From: an uncultured Chromatiales bacterium | GTDB lineage: Bacteria; Pseudomonadota; Gammaproteobacteria; DATFLL01 | Direction of reading: 5' to 3' | DNA: 64,000 bases | Assembly (NCBI GenBank): GCA_964561765.1 | Contig: CAZLQI010000009.1 | Span: 37,266 to 101,265, forward strand | Shown here: positions 40,480 to 50,359 of the stretch, one piece after another | Layout of the letters: each line of letters opens with the position of its first letter | Numbering within the stretch: position 1 is the first letter of the stretch | Position numbers and translations under genes: made by a program | Notes under the pieces: model-generated | What the model was told of the DNA's origin: nothing | The model's database searches: none | Seen by the model: only the letters and a program-made list of their open reading frames with translations

Positions 40480-41637
40480 ATGGCCGAGCAGGACACCGGA
40501 CAGGAACGCACCGAAGAGGCGACCCCGAAACGCCAGCAGGAGGCGCGCGAAAAAGGCCAAATTGCACGTTCGCGTGAACTCAATACCATGTTGTTATTGC
40601 TGGCCGCCGCGGTGGCGGCGTGGAAGCTGGGTCCGCGCATGATTCACGGCCTGCTCGCCATGCTCCATGCGCACCTGAGTCTGACACGCGCCGAGGTCTT
40701 CGATACCCATGCGCTGACCTTGCAGTTACGCGTGGCCCTGCTCCATGCGTTGTCCATCATGACGCCGTTTTTTGTCATCGTTGTGTTGGCGGCCCTGCTG
40801 GCACCGCTGGCCATGGGTGGGTGGGGTTTCAGTGGCGAGGCCATGGCCTTCAAATGGGACAAACTCGATCCGGTCAAGGGGCTCACGCGCGTGTTTGCCT
40901 GGCGGGGCCTAGTGGAGTTGATCAAGGCGTTGGCGAAATTCATTCTGGTCGGCAGCGTGGCGCTGCTCTTTCTCTACCTCAGCCTGGGGGCGTTGCTGGG
41001 TCTGGGCTATGAGCCGTTACGCCAGGCACTGGGACACACGGGTCATCTCTTTGTGCGGGCCTTCATGGTGTTTTCCGCTGCGCTGATCCTCATTGCCGCG
41101 GCGGATGTCCCCTTCCAGCTCTGGGATTACAAGCGCCAGCTCAAGATGACGCGCCAGGAGATCAAGGATGAGTTCAAACAATCGGAGGGCAGTCCCGAGT
41201 CGAAGGCACGGGTGCGCCGCATGCAACAGGAAATGGCGCAAAGACGCATGATGTCGGAGGTGCCCAAGGCCGATGTCATCGTCACCAATCCGCAACACTA
41301 TGCCGTTGCCCTGCGCTATGACCAGACGAAGATGGCTGCCCCGGTGGTGGTTGCCAAGGGCGCGGATCTGGTGGCGGCAAAGATCCGCGGCATTGCCGCC
41401 AAGGTGAAGGTGCCCATCGTTTCCGCGCCACCGTTGGCCCGCGCGATCTTCCATACCACCGAGATCAATGCCGAGGTGCCGGCGGCCCTGTACATGGCGG
41501 TGGCCCAGGTGCTGGCCTATGTCTTCCAGTTGCGCCAGACCGCCGGAGCAGGCACGTCACGACAAGGCTCAACGCATGCCGCGGAGATACATATGGATGA
41601 TTTGCCGATTCCCGATGACTTGCACTACGACAGTTAA
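40480..41637 (+). CDS. flhB: flagellar export switch protein FlhB
   Basis: Four TM helices plus a cytoplasmic domain with the NPTH autocleavage site (VIVTNPQHYAVAL). Confidence 0.95.
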   Translation: MAEQDTGQERTEEATPKRQQEAREKGQIARSRELNTMLLLLAAAVAAWKLGPRMIHGLLAMLHAHLSLTRAEVFDTHALTLQLRVALLHALSIMTPFFVIVVLAALLAPLAMGGWGFSGEAMAFKWDKLDPVKGLTRVFAWRGLVELIKALAKFILVGSVALLFLYLSLGALLGLGYEPLRQALGHTGHLFVRAFMVFSAALILIAAADVPFQLWDYKRQLKMTRQEIKDEFKQSEGSPESKARVRRMQQEMAQRRMMSEVPKADVIVTNPQHYAVALRYDQTKMAAPVVVAKGADLVAAKIRGIAAKVKVPIVSAPPLARAIFHTTEINAEVPAALYMAVAQVLAYVFQLRQTAGAGTSRQGSTHAAEIHMDDLPIPDDLHYDS

Positions 41638-41718
41638 TTTGGTGCTGCGGACAACCTGTGCCCAGTCCGGGCCGACACTGTCCGGTTGCACTGCAGACGG
41701 ATGGTAAGGATAGAGACA

Positions 41719-43839
41719 ATGGCTGAACAGAGCATATCGCAGAATACACCGAGCAACCTGCTCGCTACGGTGCGCAATGTCCTGGGCAACGGGCTGGGGG
41801 CGCCTCTCCTGCTCATGGTCATGATGGCCATGATCATTGTGCCGCTGGCGCCGTTTATGCTGGACCTGTTCTTCAGCTTCAATATTGCGTTGTCGCTGAT
41901 TTTCTTGCTGGCAACTATCTATGTGTTGCGGCCGCTGGACTTCAGCGTATTTCCAACGGTACTGCTCATTGCCACGTTGTTGCGCCTGGCCCTCAACGTT
42001 GCCTCCACGCGTGTGGTGTTGCTCAATGGTCAGACCGGCCCTGGTGCGGCCGGTCATGTCATCGAGGCCTTCGGCAATTTTGTCGTCGGCGGTGACTATG
42101 CTGTCGGTATCGCGGTCTTCCTGATTCTGGTGATCATCAACTTCGTGGTGGTGACCAAGGGTGCGACCCGTGTCTCGGAGGTCAGCGCCCGCTTCACCCT
42201 GGATGCCATGCCGGGCAAACAGATGGCGATCGACGCCGATCTGAATGCCGGCATTATCGATCAGGAGGAGGCGCGCCAGCGGCGCGATGAGATCGTCCAG
42301 GAGGCGGATTTCTACGGTTCCATGGACGGTGCGAGCAAATTTGTCCGTGGCGATGCCATCGCTGGTATTTTGATCCTGTTTGTCAATATCATCGGCGGGC
42401 TGACTATTGGGGTATTCCAGCACAACATGCCGGTGGCCGATGCCGCACGCACCTACACTCTGCTGACCATCGGTGATGGCCTGGTGGCGCAAATTCCCTC
42501 GCTGCTGTTGTCTACCGCGACCGGCATCATGGTGACCCGCGTGTCCTCCTCGCAGGATATGGGCACACAGGTGATCTCTCAGCTCTTCAGGAACCCGCGC
42601 ACACTGGCAGTGACCGCCGGCATCCTGACCGTAATGGGTATTATTCCCGGTATGCCGAACGTGGCGTTTCTCAGCCTTGCGCTCATGTGCGGCGGGACGG
42701 CCTGGTGGATCTACCGCCGCAGCCTGGTCAGTGTGGTCGAGGAGCCGGTGCCGGCAACGGTTGAACCCGCTGCGGAGAACCGGGAGTTGAGCTGGGATGA
42801 TGTCACGCCGGTCGATGCCATTGGTTTGGAGGTCGGTTATCGCCTGATTCCGATGGTGGACAAGAATCAGGGTGGGCAGCTCATGGCACGCATCAAGGGA
42901 GTGCGCAAGAAACTGTCGCAGGAACTGGGTTTCCTGGTCCCGCCCGTACATATCCGTGACAACCTCGACCTGGTGCCCAACGCCTATCGTATTACCCTCA
43001 TGGGGGTGACGGTGGGCGAGGCGGAGATCTATCCGGAGCGTGAGATGGCCATCAATCCCGGTCAGGTCTTCGGTACGTTGGAGGGGGTGGAGACACAGGA
43101 TCCGGCCTTTGGTCTGGATGCGGTGTGGATCGAGCATGGCCAGCGTGATCACGCCCAGACCCTGGGCTATACCGTGGTGGACGCCAATACCGTTGTCGCC
43201 ACCCACCTGAGTCAGCTGATCCAGTCGCACAGCCACGAGCTGCTTGGCCACGAGGAAGTCCAGCAGTTGCTCGATCTGCTGGCCAAGCACTCGCCAAAAC
43301 TGGTGGAGAATCTGGTGCCCGATACACTCGCGCTCGGCGTGGTGGTGAAGGTGTTGCAGAACCTGCTTGTCGAGGGGGTGGCGATACGCGATATGCGCAC
43401 GATTGCCGAGGCATTGGCGGAGCAGGGTGCACGGAGTCAAGACCCCGACGTCTTGACTGCGACGGTCCGTATTGCACTTGGGCGTTTAATTGTCCAACAA
43501 ATCAACGGTATGCAGCATGAGTTGCCGGTTATTACACTTGATCCTGAGCTGGAACGCATATTGCATCAGTCAATGCAGGTGTCGGGCGAGGGTGGCGGGA
43601 CCATCGAGCCGGGGCTCGCGGAGCGGATGCATGCGAGTCTGGCTGAAAGTGCTCAGAACCAGGAGCACGCCGGTCAACCCGCGGTCCTTGTTGTTTCCGC
43701 CGGGCTGCGGCCCTTGTTGACCCGCTTCGTGCGCAACTCGATACCAGGACTACATGTGCTGTCCTATAACGAGATACCGGACAACAAACAGATTCGTATC
43801 GTCGCCGCTGTTGGCCAACCGACCGGCGCCCTGGCCTGA
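41719..43839 (+). CDS. flhA: flagellar export gate protein FlhA
   Basis: Start at ATG with an AAGGA RBS (MAEQSISQNT...); eight TM helices plus the large conserved cytoplasmic domain. Confidence 0.95.
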   Translation: MAEQSISQNTPSNLLATVRNVLGNGLGAPLLLMVMMAMIIVPLAPFMLDLFFSFNIALSLIFLLATIYVLRPLDFSVFPTVLLIATLLRLALNVASTRVVLLNGQTGPGAAGHVIEAFGNFVVGGDYAVGIAVFLILVIINFVVVTKGATRVSEVSARFTLDAMPGKQMAIDADLNAGIIDQEEARQRRDEIVQEADFYGSMDGASKFVRGDAIAGILILFVNIIGGLTIGVFQHNMPVADAARTYTLLTIGDGLVAQIPSLLLSTATGIMVTRVSSSQDMGTQVISQLFRNPRTLAVTAGILTVMGIIPGMPNVAFLSLALMCGGTAWWIYRRSLVSVVEEPVPATVEPAAENRELSWDDVTPVDAIGLEVGYRLIPMVDKNQGGQLMARIKGVRKKLSQELGFLVPPVHIRDNLDLVPNAYRITLMGVTVGEAEIYPEREMAINPGQVFGTLEGVETQDPAFGLDAVWIEHGQRDHAQTLGYTVVDANTVVATHLSQLIQSHSHELLGHEEVQQLLDLLAKHSPKLVENLVPDTLALGVVVKVLQNLLVEGVAIRDMRTIAEALAEQGARSQDPDVLTATVRIALGRLIVQQINGMQHELPVITLDPELERILHQSMQVSGEGGGTIEPGLAERMHASLAESAQNQEHAGQPAVLVVSAGLRPLLTRFVRNSIPGLHVLSYNEIPDNKQIRIVAAVGQPTGALA

Positions 43840-43926
43840 GGGCCTCAAGATTAAACCTGTCAACCAGGTATGGGCCTACGGGTATGGTACGACACCGGGC
43901 CACCACACAGTTTCGGGAGTGCGTGA

Positions 43927-45204
43927 ATGAAAATTAAGCGGTTCTTTGCCCCCGACATGCGCCAGGCCATACGCCTGGTGCGTGAGGCAATGGGGCCGGA
44001 TGCCGTCATCCTGTCCAATGAGCGGGTCAAGGGTGGTATCGAACTGGTTGCTGCCACCGACTATGATGAGTCCATTTTCGAGTCTGACGCCAAACCTGCA
44101 CTCAAACCGGCCCTTCGGCCTGCCTCCAGATCGACTCCCATAGCCGCTTATAGCAGCGCCACAGCCAGTGCGTCGCCGGTGCATACGGTTCACGTCGCAG
44201 GTGAGGGGTGCAGCGCACAGAGCCCTGTCGAGCTGTCCGGCGACGCCGCGCAGAATATCTGGTCTCAGGAACCCACACTGGTCGAGATGCGCCGTGAACT
44301 CAGCGGCCTGCGCGGACTGTTGGTCAATCAATTATCGGGACTGGCTTGGCACGAGACACAACGCAATCGTCCTCTCTACGCCCGGCTTTTGCAGCGCATG
44401 ATGGCGCTGGGATTGAGTCCTGCACTGGCCAGGCATATCGCTGAGGCCGCGCCGGAGACCGAGGATTTTGACCACCACTGGCGCCAGGCGCTGGGTCGGC
44501 TCGCGCATGCGCTGCCGATCACGGATGATGATATTCTGGAACAGGGTGGTGTGGTGGCACTGGTGGGGCCGACCGGAGCGGGAAAAACGACCTCGGTGGC
44601 CAAACTGGCCGCCCGCTATACCCTGCGCCACGGTGCTGGCCGCGTGGCCCTGGTGGCGACCGACAGTTTTCGCATCGGTGCCCAGGAGCAGTTGCGCACC
44701 TATGCCCGCATCCTGGGTGTGCCCCTGCGGGCTGCGGACAATGGGGAGGCCCTGCGTGAGGCACTGGTTCATTTTGCCGACAAAGATCTGGTCCTGATCG
44801 ACACGGCAGGCATGGGACCACAGGACCTGCGGTTGAATCAGCAACTGGCGCTGCTCAATGAGGAGGCCTGCCCGGTGCGCAGCTATCTGGTCCTGGCCGC
44901 CAATACTCAGCGCCGGGCAATGGAGCAGGCGGTCACGGTCTTTCGCCACCCCCGTCTGACGGGTTGTATTCTCACCAAGATCGATGAAGCCGCCAGCCTC
45001 GGCGGCGCGCTGTCGGTGGCAGTGGAACAACAACTTGCGGTCGCCTATCTGACGGATGGGCAGCAGGTGCCGGAGGATATGCACGCGGCCCGTGCGCACA
45101 CTCTGGTCAGCCGCTGTGTGACACTCATGCAGCACGGGGCCGTTGGGCGTAAGGATGTGGACACTCTGACAATCGGTGGAATGGTGGCTCATGCTCATGG
45201 TTGA
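43927..45204 (+). CDS. flhF: flagellar biosynthesis GTPase FlhF (SRP-type)
   Basis: N-terminus MKIKRFFAPDMRQA..., SRP54-type G domain (GPTGAGKTTS, DTAG). Confidence 0.9.
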   Translation: MKIKRFFAPDMRQAIRLVREAMGPDAVILSNERVKGGIELVAATDYDESIFESDAKPALKPALRPASRSTPIAAYSSATASASPVHTVHVAGEGCSAQSPVELSGDAAQNIWSQEPTLVEMRRELSGLRGLLVNQLSGLAWHETQRNRPLYARLLQRMMALGLSPALARHIAEAAPETEDFDHHWRQALGRLAHALPITDDDILEQGGVVALVGPTGAGKTTSVAKLAARYTLRHGAGRVALVATDSFRIGAQEQLRTYARILGVPLRAADNGEALREALVHFADKDLVLIDTAGMGPQDLRLNQQLALLNEEACPVRSYLVLAANTQRRAMEQAVTVFRHPRLTGCILTKIDEAASLGGALSVAVEQQLAVAYLTDGQQVPEDMHAARAHTLVSRCVTLMQHGAVGRKDVDTLTIGGMVAHAHG

Positions 45205-46081
45205 AACACAACAGTTTGATCAGGCCGCCGGGCTTCGGCGCATCACCCGACCCCGGCCGGTCCGTGTCGTCGCGGTGGCCAGCGGCAAGGGTGGGGTCGG
45301 CAAGACCAATGTCTCGGTCAATCTCGCCATGTCGTTGGTCAACAACGGCAAGAAGGTCATGCTCATGGACGCCGATCTGGGTCTGGGTAATGTCGATGTC
45401 CTGCTGGGTGTTCACCCACGCTACAATCTGTCACACGTGGTGACCGGCGTATGCAGTCTGGAGGAGGCCCTCGTCCAGGGTCCCGGTGGTCTGAGGATCA
45501 TCCCGGCCTCCTCGGGTGTGCAGCAAATGGCCATGCTCTCGCCCGCCGAACACGCTGGACTCATCCGTGCCTTCAGTGAACTGAGCCAGCAGGTCGATGT
45601 ACTGCTCATCGACACCGCCGCGGGTATCGCTGACAGCGTGATTAGCTTCAGCCGGGCCGCGCAGGAGGTGATCGTGGTGGTCTGCGATGAACCCGCATCG
45701 GTCACCGATGCCTATGCCCTGATCAAACTCCTGAACCGCGAGCACGGCGTCTATCGGTTCCATGTGCTGGCCAATATGGCCCAGAGTGCGCAACAGGGGC
45801 GCGACGTCTTTGACAAGATCAATAAGGTGTCGGACCGGTTTCTGGACGTGACTCTTGACTACCTCGGCCATATTCCTTACGACGATTTTCTACGCAAGGC
45901 AGTACAGAAACAGCGTACTGTTGTCGAGGCCTACCCGCGCAGCAAGGCGGCCATGGCCTTCAGGACACTGGCAGACAAGACAGAGCGCTGGCCCATGCCC
46001 TCTGCGGCGGGTGGCCATCTGGAGTTTTTTGTTGAACGCCTTATTCAGACCAATCTGCATGATGCGGGGGTGATGCCATGA
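45191..46081 (+). CDS. flhG: flagellar number regulator FlhG/FleN (MinD-like ATPase)
   Basis: Deviant Walker A SGKGGVGKT; ParA/MinD fold; overlaps the flhF stop; start choice 45191 versus 45197 is uncertain. Confidence 0.85.
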   Translation: MLMVETQQFDQAAGLRRITRPRPVRVVAVASGKGGVGKTNVSVNLAMSLVNNGKKVMLMDADLGLGNVDVLLGVHPRYNLSHVVTGVCSLEEALVQGPGGLRIIPASSGVQQMAMLSPAEHAGLIRAFSELSQQVDVLLIDTAAGIADSVISFSRAAQEVIVVVCDEPASVTDAYALIKLLNREHGVYRFHVLANMAQSAQQGRDVFDKINKVSDRFLDVTLDYLGHIPYDDFLRKAVQKQRTVVEAYPRSKAAMAFRTLADKTERWPMPSAAGGHLEFFVERLIQTNLHDAGVMP

Positions 46082-46806
46082 ATGGAATGGCAGTGTATGC
46101 GGCGGTCCAGTTGACGACGTACTATGACGACATGGTGGAACGACATGCGTCTTTGGTAAAGCGCATTGCCTATCATCTAATGAGCCGCCTGCCGGCGAGT
46201 ATCCAGATCGAGGACATGATCCAGGCGGGGATGATTGGCCTGCTCGAGGCCTCGCGTAATTACGACGAGACCCAGGGGGCCAGTTTCGAGACCTACGCCG
46301 GTATTCGTATCCGTGGCTCCATGTTAGATGAAATCCGCAAAAACGACTGGGCACCACGCTCGGTGCATCGCAAGGCGCGCATGGTCGCGGAGGCGGTACG
46401 CGGGATCGAGCATGCCCATGGGCGCGATGCCCGTGATCACGAGATCGCCGCCGAACTGGATATCAGCCTGAATGAGTACTACCACATCCTCCAGGAGGCC
46501 AATAATCACAAGATCATGAGCGTGGAGGACATCGGGGTGGGTGATGAGTCCTATCTCAATAACATGTCGGACAATGCCCCGGGCATCGTCGATGGCCTGC
46601 ACCGTGAAGACTTGCAGCGCCTGTTGGGTGCGGCTATCGCCGGTTTGCCAGAGCGCGAACGGCTGGTCATGGCCCTCTACTATGAAGAAGAACTCAATCT
46701 GCGCGAAATCGGGGCCGTGATGGGAGTGAGTGAGTCGCGGATCAGTCAGATACACAGTCAGGCGGTCATTCGCCTGCAGGCCCGGTTGGTCATCAGACCG
46801 GACTAA
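46078..46806 (+). CDS. fliA: flagellar sigma factor FliA (sigma-28), canonical copy
   Basis: 242 aa with sigma-70 regions 2, 3 and 4; flhF-flhG-fliA-cheY synteny; start overlaps the flhG stop (ATGA). Confidence 0.93.
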   Translation: MNGMAVYAAVQLTTYYDDMVERHASLVKRIAYHLMSRLPASIQIEDMIQAGMIGLLEASRNYDETQGASFETYAGIRIRGSMLDEIRKNDWAPRSVHRKARMVAEAVRGIEHAHGRDARDHEIAAELDISLNEYYHILQEANNHKIMSVEDIGVGDESYLNNMSDNAPGIVDGLHREDLQRLLGAAIAGLPERERLVMALYYEEELNLREIGAVMGVSESRISQIHSQAVIRLQARLVIRPD

Positions 46807-46816
46807 GCGGTTTAGA

Positions 46817-46844
46817 TTGAAGAAATTCCAGATTCCGCCGATAT
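46817..46844 (+). promoter_or_regulatory. weak candidate sigma-28 promoter (TGAAGAAA-N11-GCCGATAT) upstream of cheY
   Basis: Good -10 GCCGATAT, poor -35; about 85 nt upstream of the cheY ATG. Confidence 0.25.
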
Positions 46845-46928
46845 ACCCAAACGATAGGGTTATGTTCCCCCTGCGGAGTCTGGGTGGGGTTGTTATAAAG
46901 ATGCGTTGACGCGGTACTGGAGGGTACG

Positions 46929-47321
46929 TTGGATAAGAGCATGAAAATTCTTGTTGTGGACGACTTTTCCACAATGCGGCGGATCATAAAAAATCTGTTG
47001 CGCGATCTGGGGTTTAACGACACCGCAGAGGCCGATGATGGCACGACCGCCTGGCCCGCGCTGCAAAATGGCGGCTTTGATCTGCTGATCACCGACTGGA
47101 ACATGCCGGGCATGCAGGGCATCGACCTGCTCAAACTGGTCCGTGCCGATGAACACCTGAGCAAGCTGCCGGTACTTATGGTGACTGCAGAGCAAAAGCG
47201 CGACCAGATTGTTGCGGCTGCACAGGCCGGAGTGAACGGCTATATTGTCAAACCGTTTACCGCCGTGACGCTCAAGGAAAAGCTTGAGAAAATCTTCGAA
47301 CGCATTGAAAGCAATGCCTGA
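46929..47321 (+). CDS. cheY: chemotaxis response regulator CheY
   Basis: 130 aa receiver domain with DD...D57 ([11 protein letters not shown]), T87 and K109. Confidence 0.95.
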   Translation: MDKSMKILVVDDFSTMRRIIKNLLRDLGFNDTAEADDGTTAWPALQNGGFDLLITDWNMPGMQGIDLLKLVRADEHLSKLPVLMVTAEQKRDQIVAAAQAGVNGYIVKPFTAVTLKEKLEKIFERIESNA

Positions 47322-47335
47322 GCAGGGGAGCCTGG

Positions 47336-48094
47336 ATGGAAGAGCACGTAGTCGACGAGAACACCTTGACGTATGCCCGCGAACTGGTCGCACTGATGGA
47401 AGCGGGAGACGAACAGAAGGCATCCTTACTGCTTGATAAACTGATGACCGAGCGCGAGAAGGACCTGTACCAGGAGTTGGGACGACTGACTCGCGATTTC
47501 CATGATACGTTGAAAAATTTTCAGTTCGATGATCGGCTGACGAACCTCGCCGAGGAGGAGATTCCGGATGCGCGGGAGCGATTGAACTATGTCCTGACCA
47601 TGACCGATCAGGCCGCTGATCGCACCCTGACCGCGGTGGAGGCCTCCTTGCCGCTGTGTGACGGCTTGGCGCAGGAGTGTGCCGGTTTGTCCAGCGACTG
47701 GGAGCGGTTTACTCATCGGGACATGGATGCAGAGGAATTTCGTGGATTGAGTCTGCGACTCAAGGATTTTCTCAACAACAGTAATGCCTCGGTGCACAGC
47801 TTGCGTGAGAATCTCAATGAGGTATTGATGGCGCAGGATTTTCAGGATCTGACCGGGCAGATCATCAAACGTGTCGTTACGATGGTCGAAGAACTGGAGG
47901 CGAGTTTGGTCAATCTGATTCGTATCAGTGGACAAAAATTCAAAACCGAGACGGAAAAAACGACGCAACCGGTGTCGGCCGATAGCAAGGACGTCAGCTG
48001 CGAAGGACCGGTCGTTCCGGGTGTGACGGGCGCCCTGGATGTGGTTTCCGGGCAGGATGATGTGGATGACCTCCTGTCCAGCCTGGGCTTCTAG
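47336..48094 (+). CDS. cheZ: CheY-P phosphatase CheZ
   Basis: Helical protein with the catalytic Gln region (QDFQDLTGQIIKRV) and a C-terminal CheY-binding peptide DDVDDLLSSLGF. Confidence 0.85.
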   Translation: MEEHVVDENTLTYARELVALMEAGDEQKASLLLDKLMTEREKDLYQELGRLTRDFHDTLKNFQFDDRLTNLAEEEIPDARERLNYVLTMTDQAADRTLTAVEASLPLCDGLAQECAGLSSDWERFTHRDMDAEEFRGLSLRLKDFLNNSNASVHSLRENLNEVLMAQDFQDLTGQIIKRVVTMVEELEASLVNLIRISGQKFKTETEKTTQPVSADSKDVSCEGPVVPGVTGALDVVSGQDDVDDLLSSLGF

Positions 48095-48128
48095 GCGCGT
48101 ATCGCTTTATTAATTAGGCAGAGTCACT

Positions 48129-50219
48129 ATGGCGTTGGACGTTGACGACGAGATTCTTCAGGATTTCCTGATCGAGGCGGGTGAGATCCTCGAACAACTG
48201 GGTGAGCAACTGGTTGACCTGGAACAACGCCCGCAGGATGTTGAACTGCTCAATACGGTATTTCGTGGATTTCACACGATTAAGGGTGGCGCTGGCTTTC
48301 TGGCGCTGGAGTCGATGGTGGCGCTGTGCCATCGTGCGGAGGATGTCTTTAATCTCCTGCGCAACGGCGAACGCCAGGTCGACACGCAGTTGATGGATAT
48401 CATGTTGCCGGTGCTCGATATGCTCAATGATCAGTTCGAGAGCCTGCGTGCCGGTGAGGAACCGGCGGCGGCGGAGCCGGCCCTGCTGGCGGCACTTGAG
48501 GCGTTGTCATTACCGGCGGCTCCGGTAGCGGCACCTCCCCCGCCAGCGCCGCCTGCCTCGCCAACGTCATCGGTCCCGTCCACCCCGCCGGGGCAGTGTG
48601 CCGGCGCGGCGGTGGCGAGTGGCAGCGGTGAGGACATCACGGACGAGGAATTCGAGGCCCTGCTTGATGCGATGGAGGGCTCCGGCGAACAAGGCGATGC
48701 AGTCGCCGCTGGCGTGGTGACACCCGCTACCGGGGCAGCATCGTCCAGTGATGAGATCAGTGGCGAGGAGTTTGAAACGCTGCTCGATGATCTGCATGGC
48801 AAAGGGCAGTTCAACGGACAACCGGCAACGCTGGCCGCTGGAGTAAACGCAGGCAAGGTGGGCACGGAGGATATCACGGATGATGAATTTGAGGCCTTGC
48901 TCGATGGCCTGCACGGCAAGGGGAAGTTTAGTGGGGAGGTAGTTGCCCATCCCGTGGCAAAACCTGGCGCACCGGTTGGTGCGAGTGCAACGGCCGCGAC
49001 GGGCGGGCGCACGGCTGGGGCACGCGCCGAGAAGCACGAAGGGGTACAGACCGAGACGACAGTGCGTGTCGATACCAAGCGTCTTGATGACATTATGAAT
49101 CTGGTCGGTGAGCTGGTGCTTGCACGCAACCGCCTGGCGCGCCTGGAAGAGAACATGGCCGATGAGGCAATGGCCAAGGCCGTTAGTAATCTCGATCTGG
49201 TGACCGCCGATTTGCAGACGGCGGTGATGAAGACCCGTATGCAGCCTATCAAGAAGGTCTTCGGGCGTTTTCCCCGTGTAGTGCGCGACCTGGCCCGTCA
49301 CCTGGAAAAGGAAATCAAACTGGAGCTCCAGGGCGAGGAGACCGATCTCGACAAGAATCTGGTCGAGGCGCTGGCCGATCCCCTGGTGCATCTGGTGCGC
49401 AACGCCGTCGATCACGGTATTGAATTGCCGGATGTGCGCGAGGCCGCCGGCAAGCCGCGTAGCGGTACGGTGATTCTTTCCGCCGAGCAGGAAGGCGATC
49501 ATATCTTGTTGTCGATCGAAGACGATGGGGCAGGCATGGATGTCAATGTCCTGCGTAACAAGGCGGTTGAGAAAGGTCTGCTCGATGCCGATGCCGCAGC
49601 CAGGCTGGATCGGCGCGATACCTACAATCTGATTTTTATGCCGGGTTTTTCCACCAAGACCGAGATATCCGATGTCTCTGGACGCGGTGTGGGTATGGAT
49701 GTGGTCAAGACGCGCATCGCGCAGCTCAATGGCACGGTTGATATTGATTCACAACTTGGCAAGGGCAGTCGCCTGAGCATCAAGGTCCCGCTGACACTGG
49801 CGATCATGCCCACCCTGATGGTCAAGCTGGACACGCAGATGTTTGCGCTGCCACTGGTCAGCGTCAGCGAGATATTCCACCTCGATCTGAGCAAGACCAA
49901 TACCGTCGATGGACAGCTGGTGGTCATGGTGCGTGCGCACGCCCTGCCGTTGTTTTACCTCAGTCGCTGGCTGATCAAGGGATGTGAGAACCGTTCCCTG
50001 CCGGGGTTTGGCCATGTCGTGGTGGTGCAGGCGGGTACGCAGCGGGTCGGTTTTGTGGTTGATCAGCTGATTGGCCAGGAAGAGGTGGTCATCAAGCCGC
50101 TGGGGACCCTGTTACACGGTATCGACGGGCTGGCGGGGGCCACGATAACGGGCGATGGCCGTATCGCTATCATTTTGGATATTCCGGGGATCATGGACAA
50201 ATATGCCCGGCGCGCATAA
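48129..50219 (+). CDS. cheA: chemotaxis histidine kinase CheA
   Basis: P1 Hpt (FRGFHTIKGGAG), dimerisation domain, HATPase (DDGAGMD...GRGVGMD) and a CheW-like P5; the linker carries three acidic tandem repeats. Confidence 0.95.
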   Translation: MALDVDDEILQDFLIEAGEILEQLGEQLVDLEQRPQDVELLNTVFRGFHTIKGGAGFLALESMVALCHRAEDVFNLLRNGERQVDTQLMDIMLPVLDMLNDQFESLRAGEEPAAAEPALLAALEALSLPAAPVAAPPPPAPPASPTSSVPSTPPGQCAGAAVASGSGEDITDEEFEALLDAMEGSGEQGDAVAAGVVTPATGAASSSDEISGEEFETLLDDLHGKGQFNGQPATLAAGVNAGKVGTEDITDDEFEALLDGLHGKGKFSGEVVAHPVAKPGAPVGASATAATGGRTAGARAEKHEGVQTETTVRVDTKRLDDIMNLVGELVLARNRLARLEENMADEAMAKAVSNLDLVTADLQTAVMKTRMQPIKKVFGRFPRVVRDLARHLEKEIKLELQGEETDLDKNLVEALADPLVHLVRNAVDHGIELPDVREAAGKPRSGTVILSAEQEGDHILLSIEDDGAGMDVNVLRNKAVEKGLLDADAAARLDRRDTYNLIFMPGFSTKTEISDVSGRGVGMDVVKTRIAQLNGTVDIDSQLGKGSRLSIKVPLTLAIMPTLMVKLDTQMFALPLVSVSEIFHLDLSKTNTVDGQLVVMVRAHALPLFYLSRWLIKGCENRSLPGFGHVVVVQAGTQRVGFVVDQLIGQEEVVIKPLGTLLHGIDGLAGATITGDGRIAIILDIPGIMDKYARRA

Positions 50220-50359
50220 CGCGTCGGGTACTCGTGGCATAGCGATCAAAAAGGAGCTGGGGTGGAACTCAAACAGTCAGGCAGGTTACCGCGTTGGTGG
50301 GTAGGGCAATCAGCGCAGTGCAACAAGACATTACGTGTGGTGATAGCAGGGAGGCGGGG

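Noticed and set aside
41569-43440. 623-aa ORF on the minus strand antisense to flhA, and similar long antisense or alternate-frame ORFs: 1517-2530 versus fliF, 3689-4612 and 4332-5051 versus fliH/fliI, 6747-7709 versus fliK, 8942-10054 versus the membrane protein, 19800-20615 versus uup, 26576-27382 versus dnaX, 34014-35108 versus the M48 peptidase, 48431-49502 versus cheA, 50723-52205 versus cheB/motC, 56978-57643 versus the FliK-like gene, and 60648-62371 and 62405-63508 versus amrS/mogA/prmB
   Set aside because: High-GC DNA generates long stop-free antisense frames. The sense-strand products have strong, specific homology (flagellar, Che, DnaX and so on), while the antisense translations are Arg/Pro/Gly-rich low-complexity sequences with no recognisable domains or RBS
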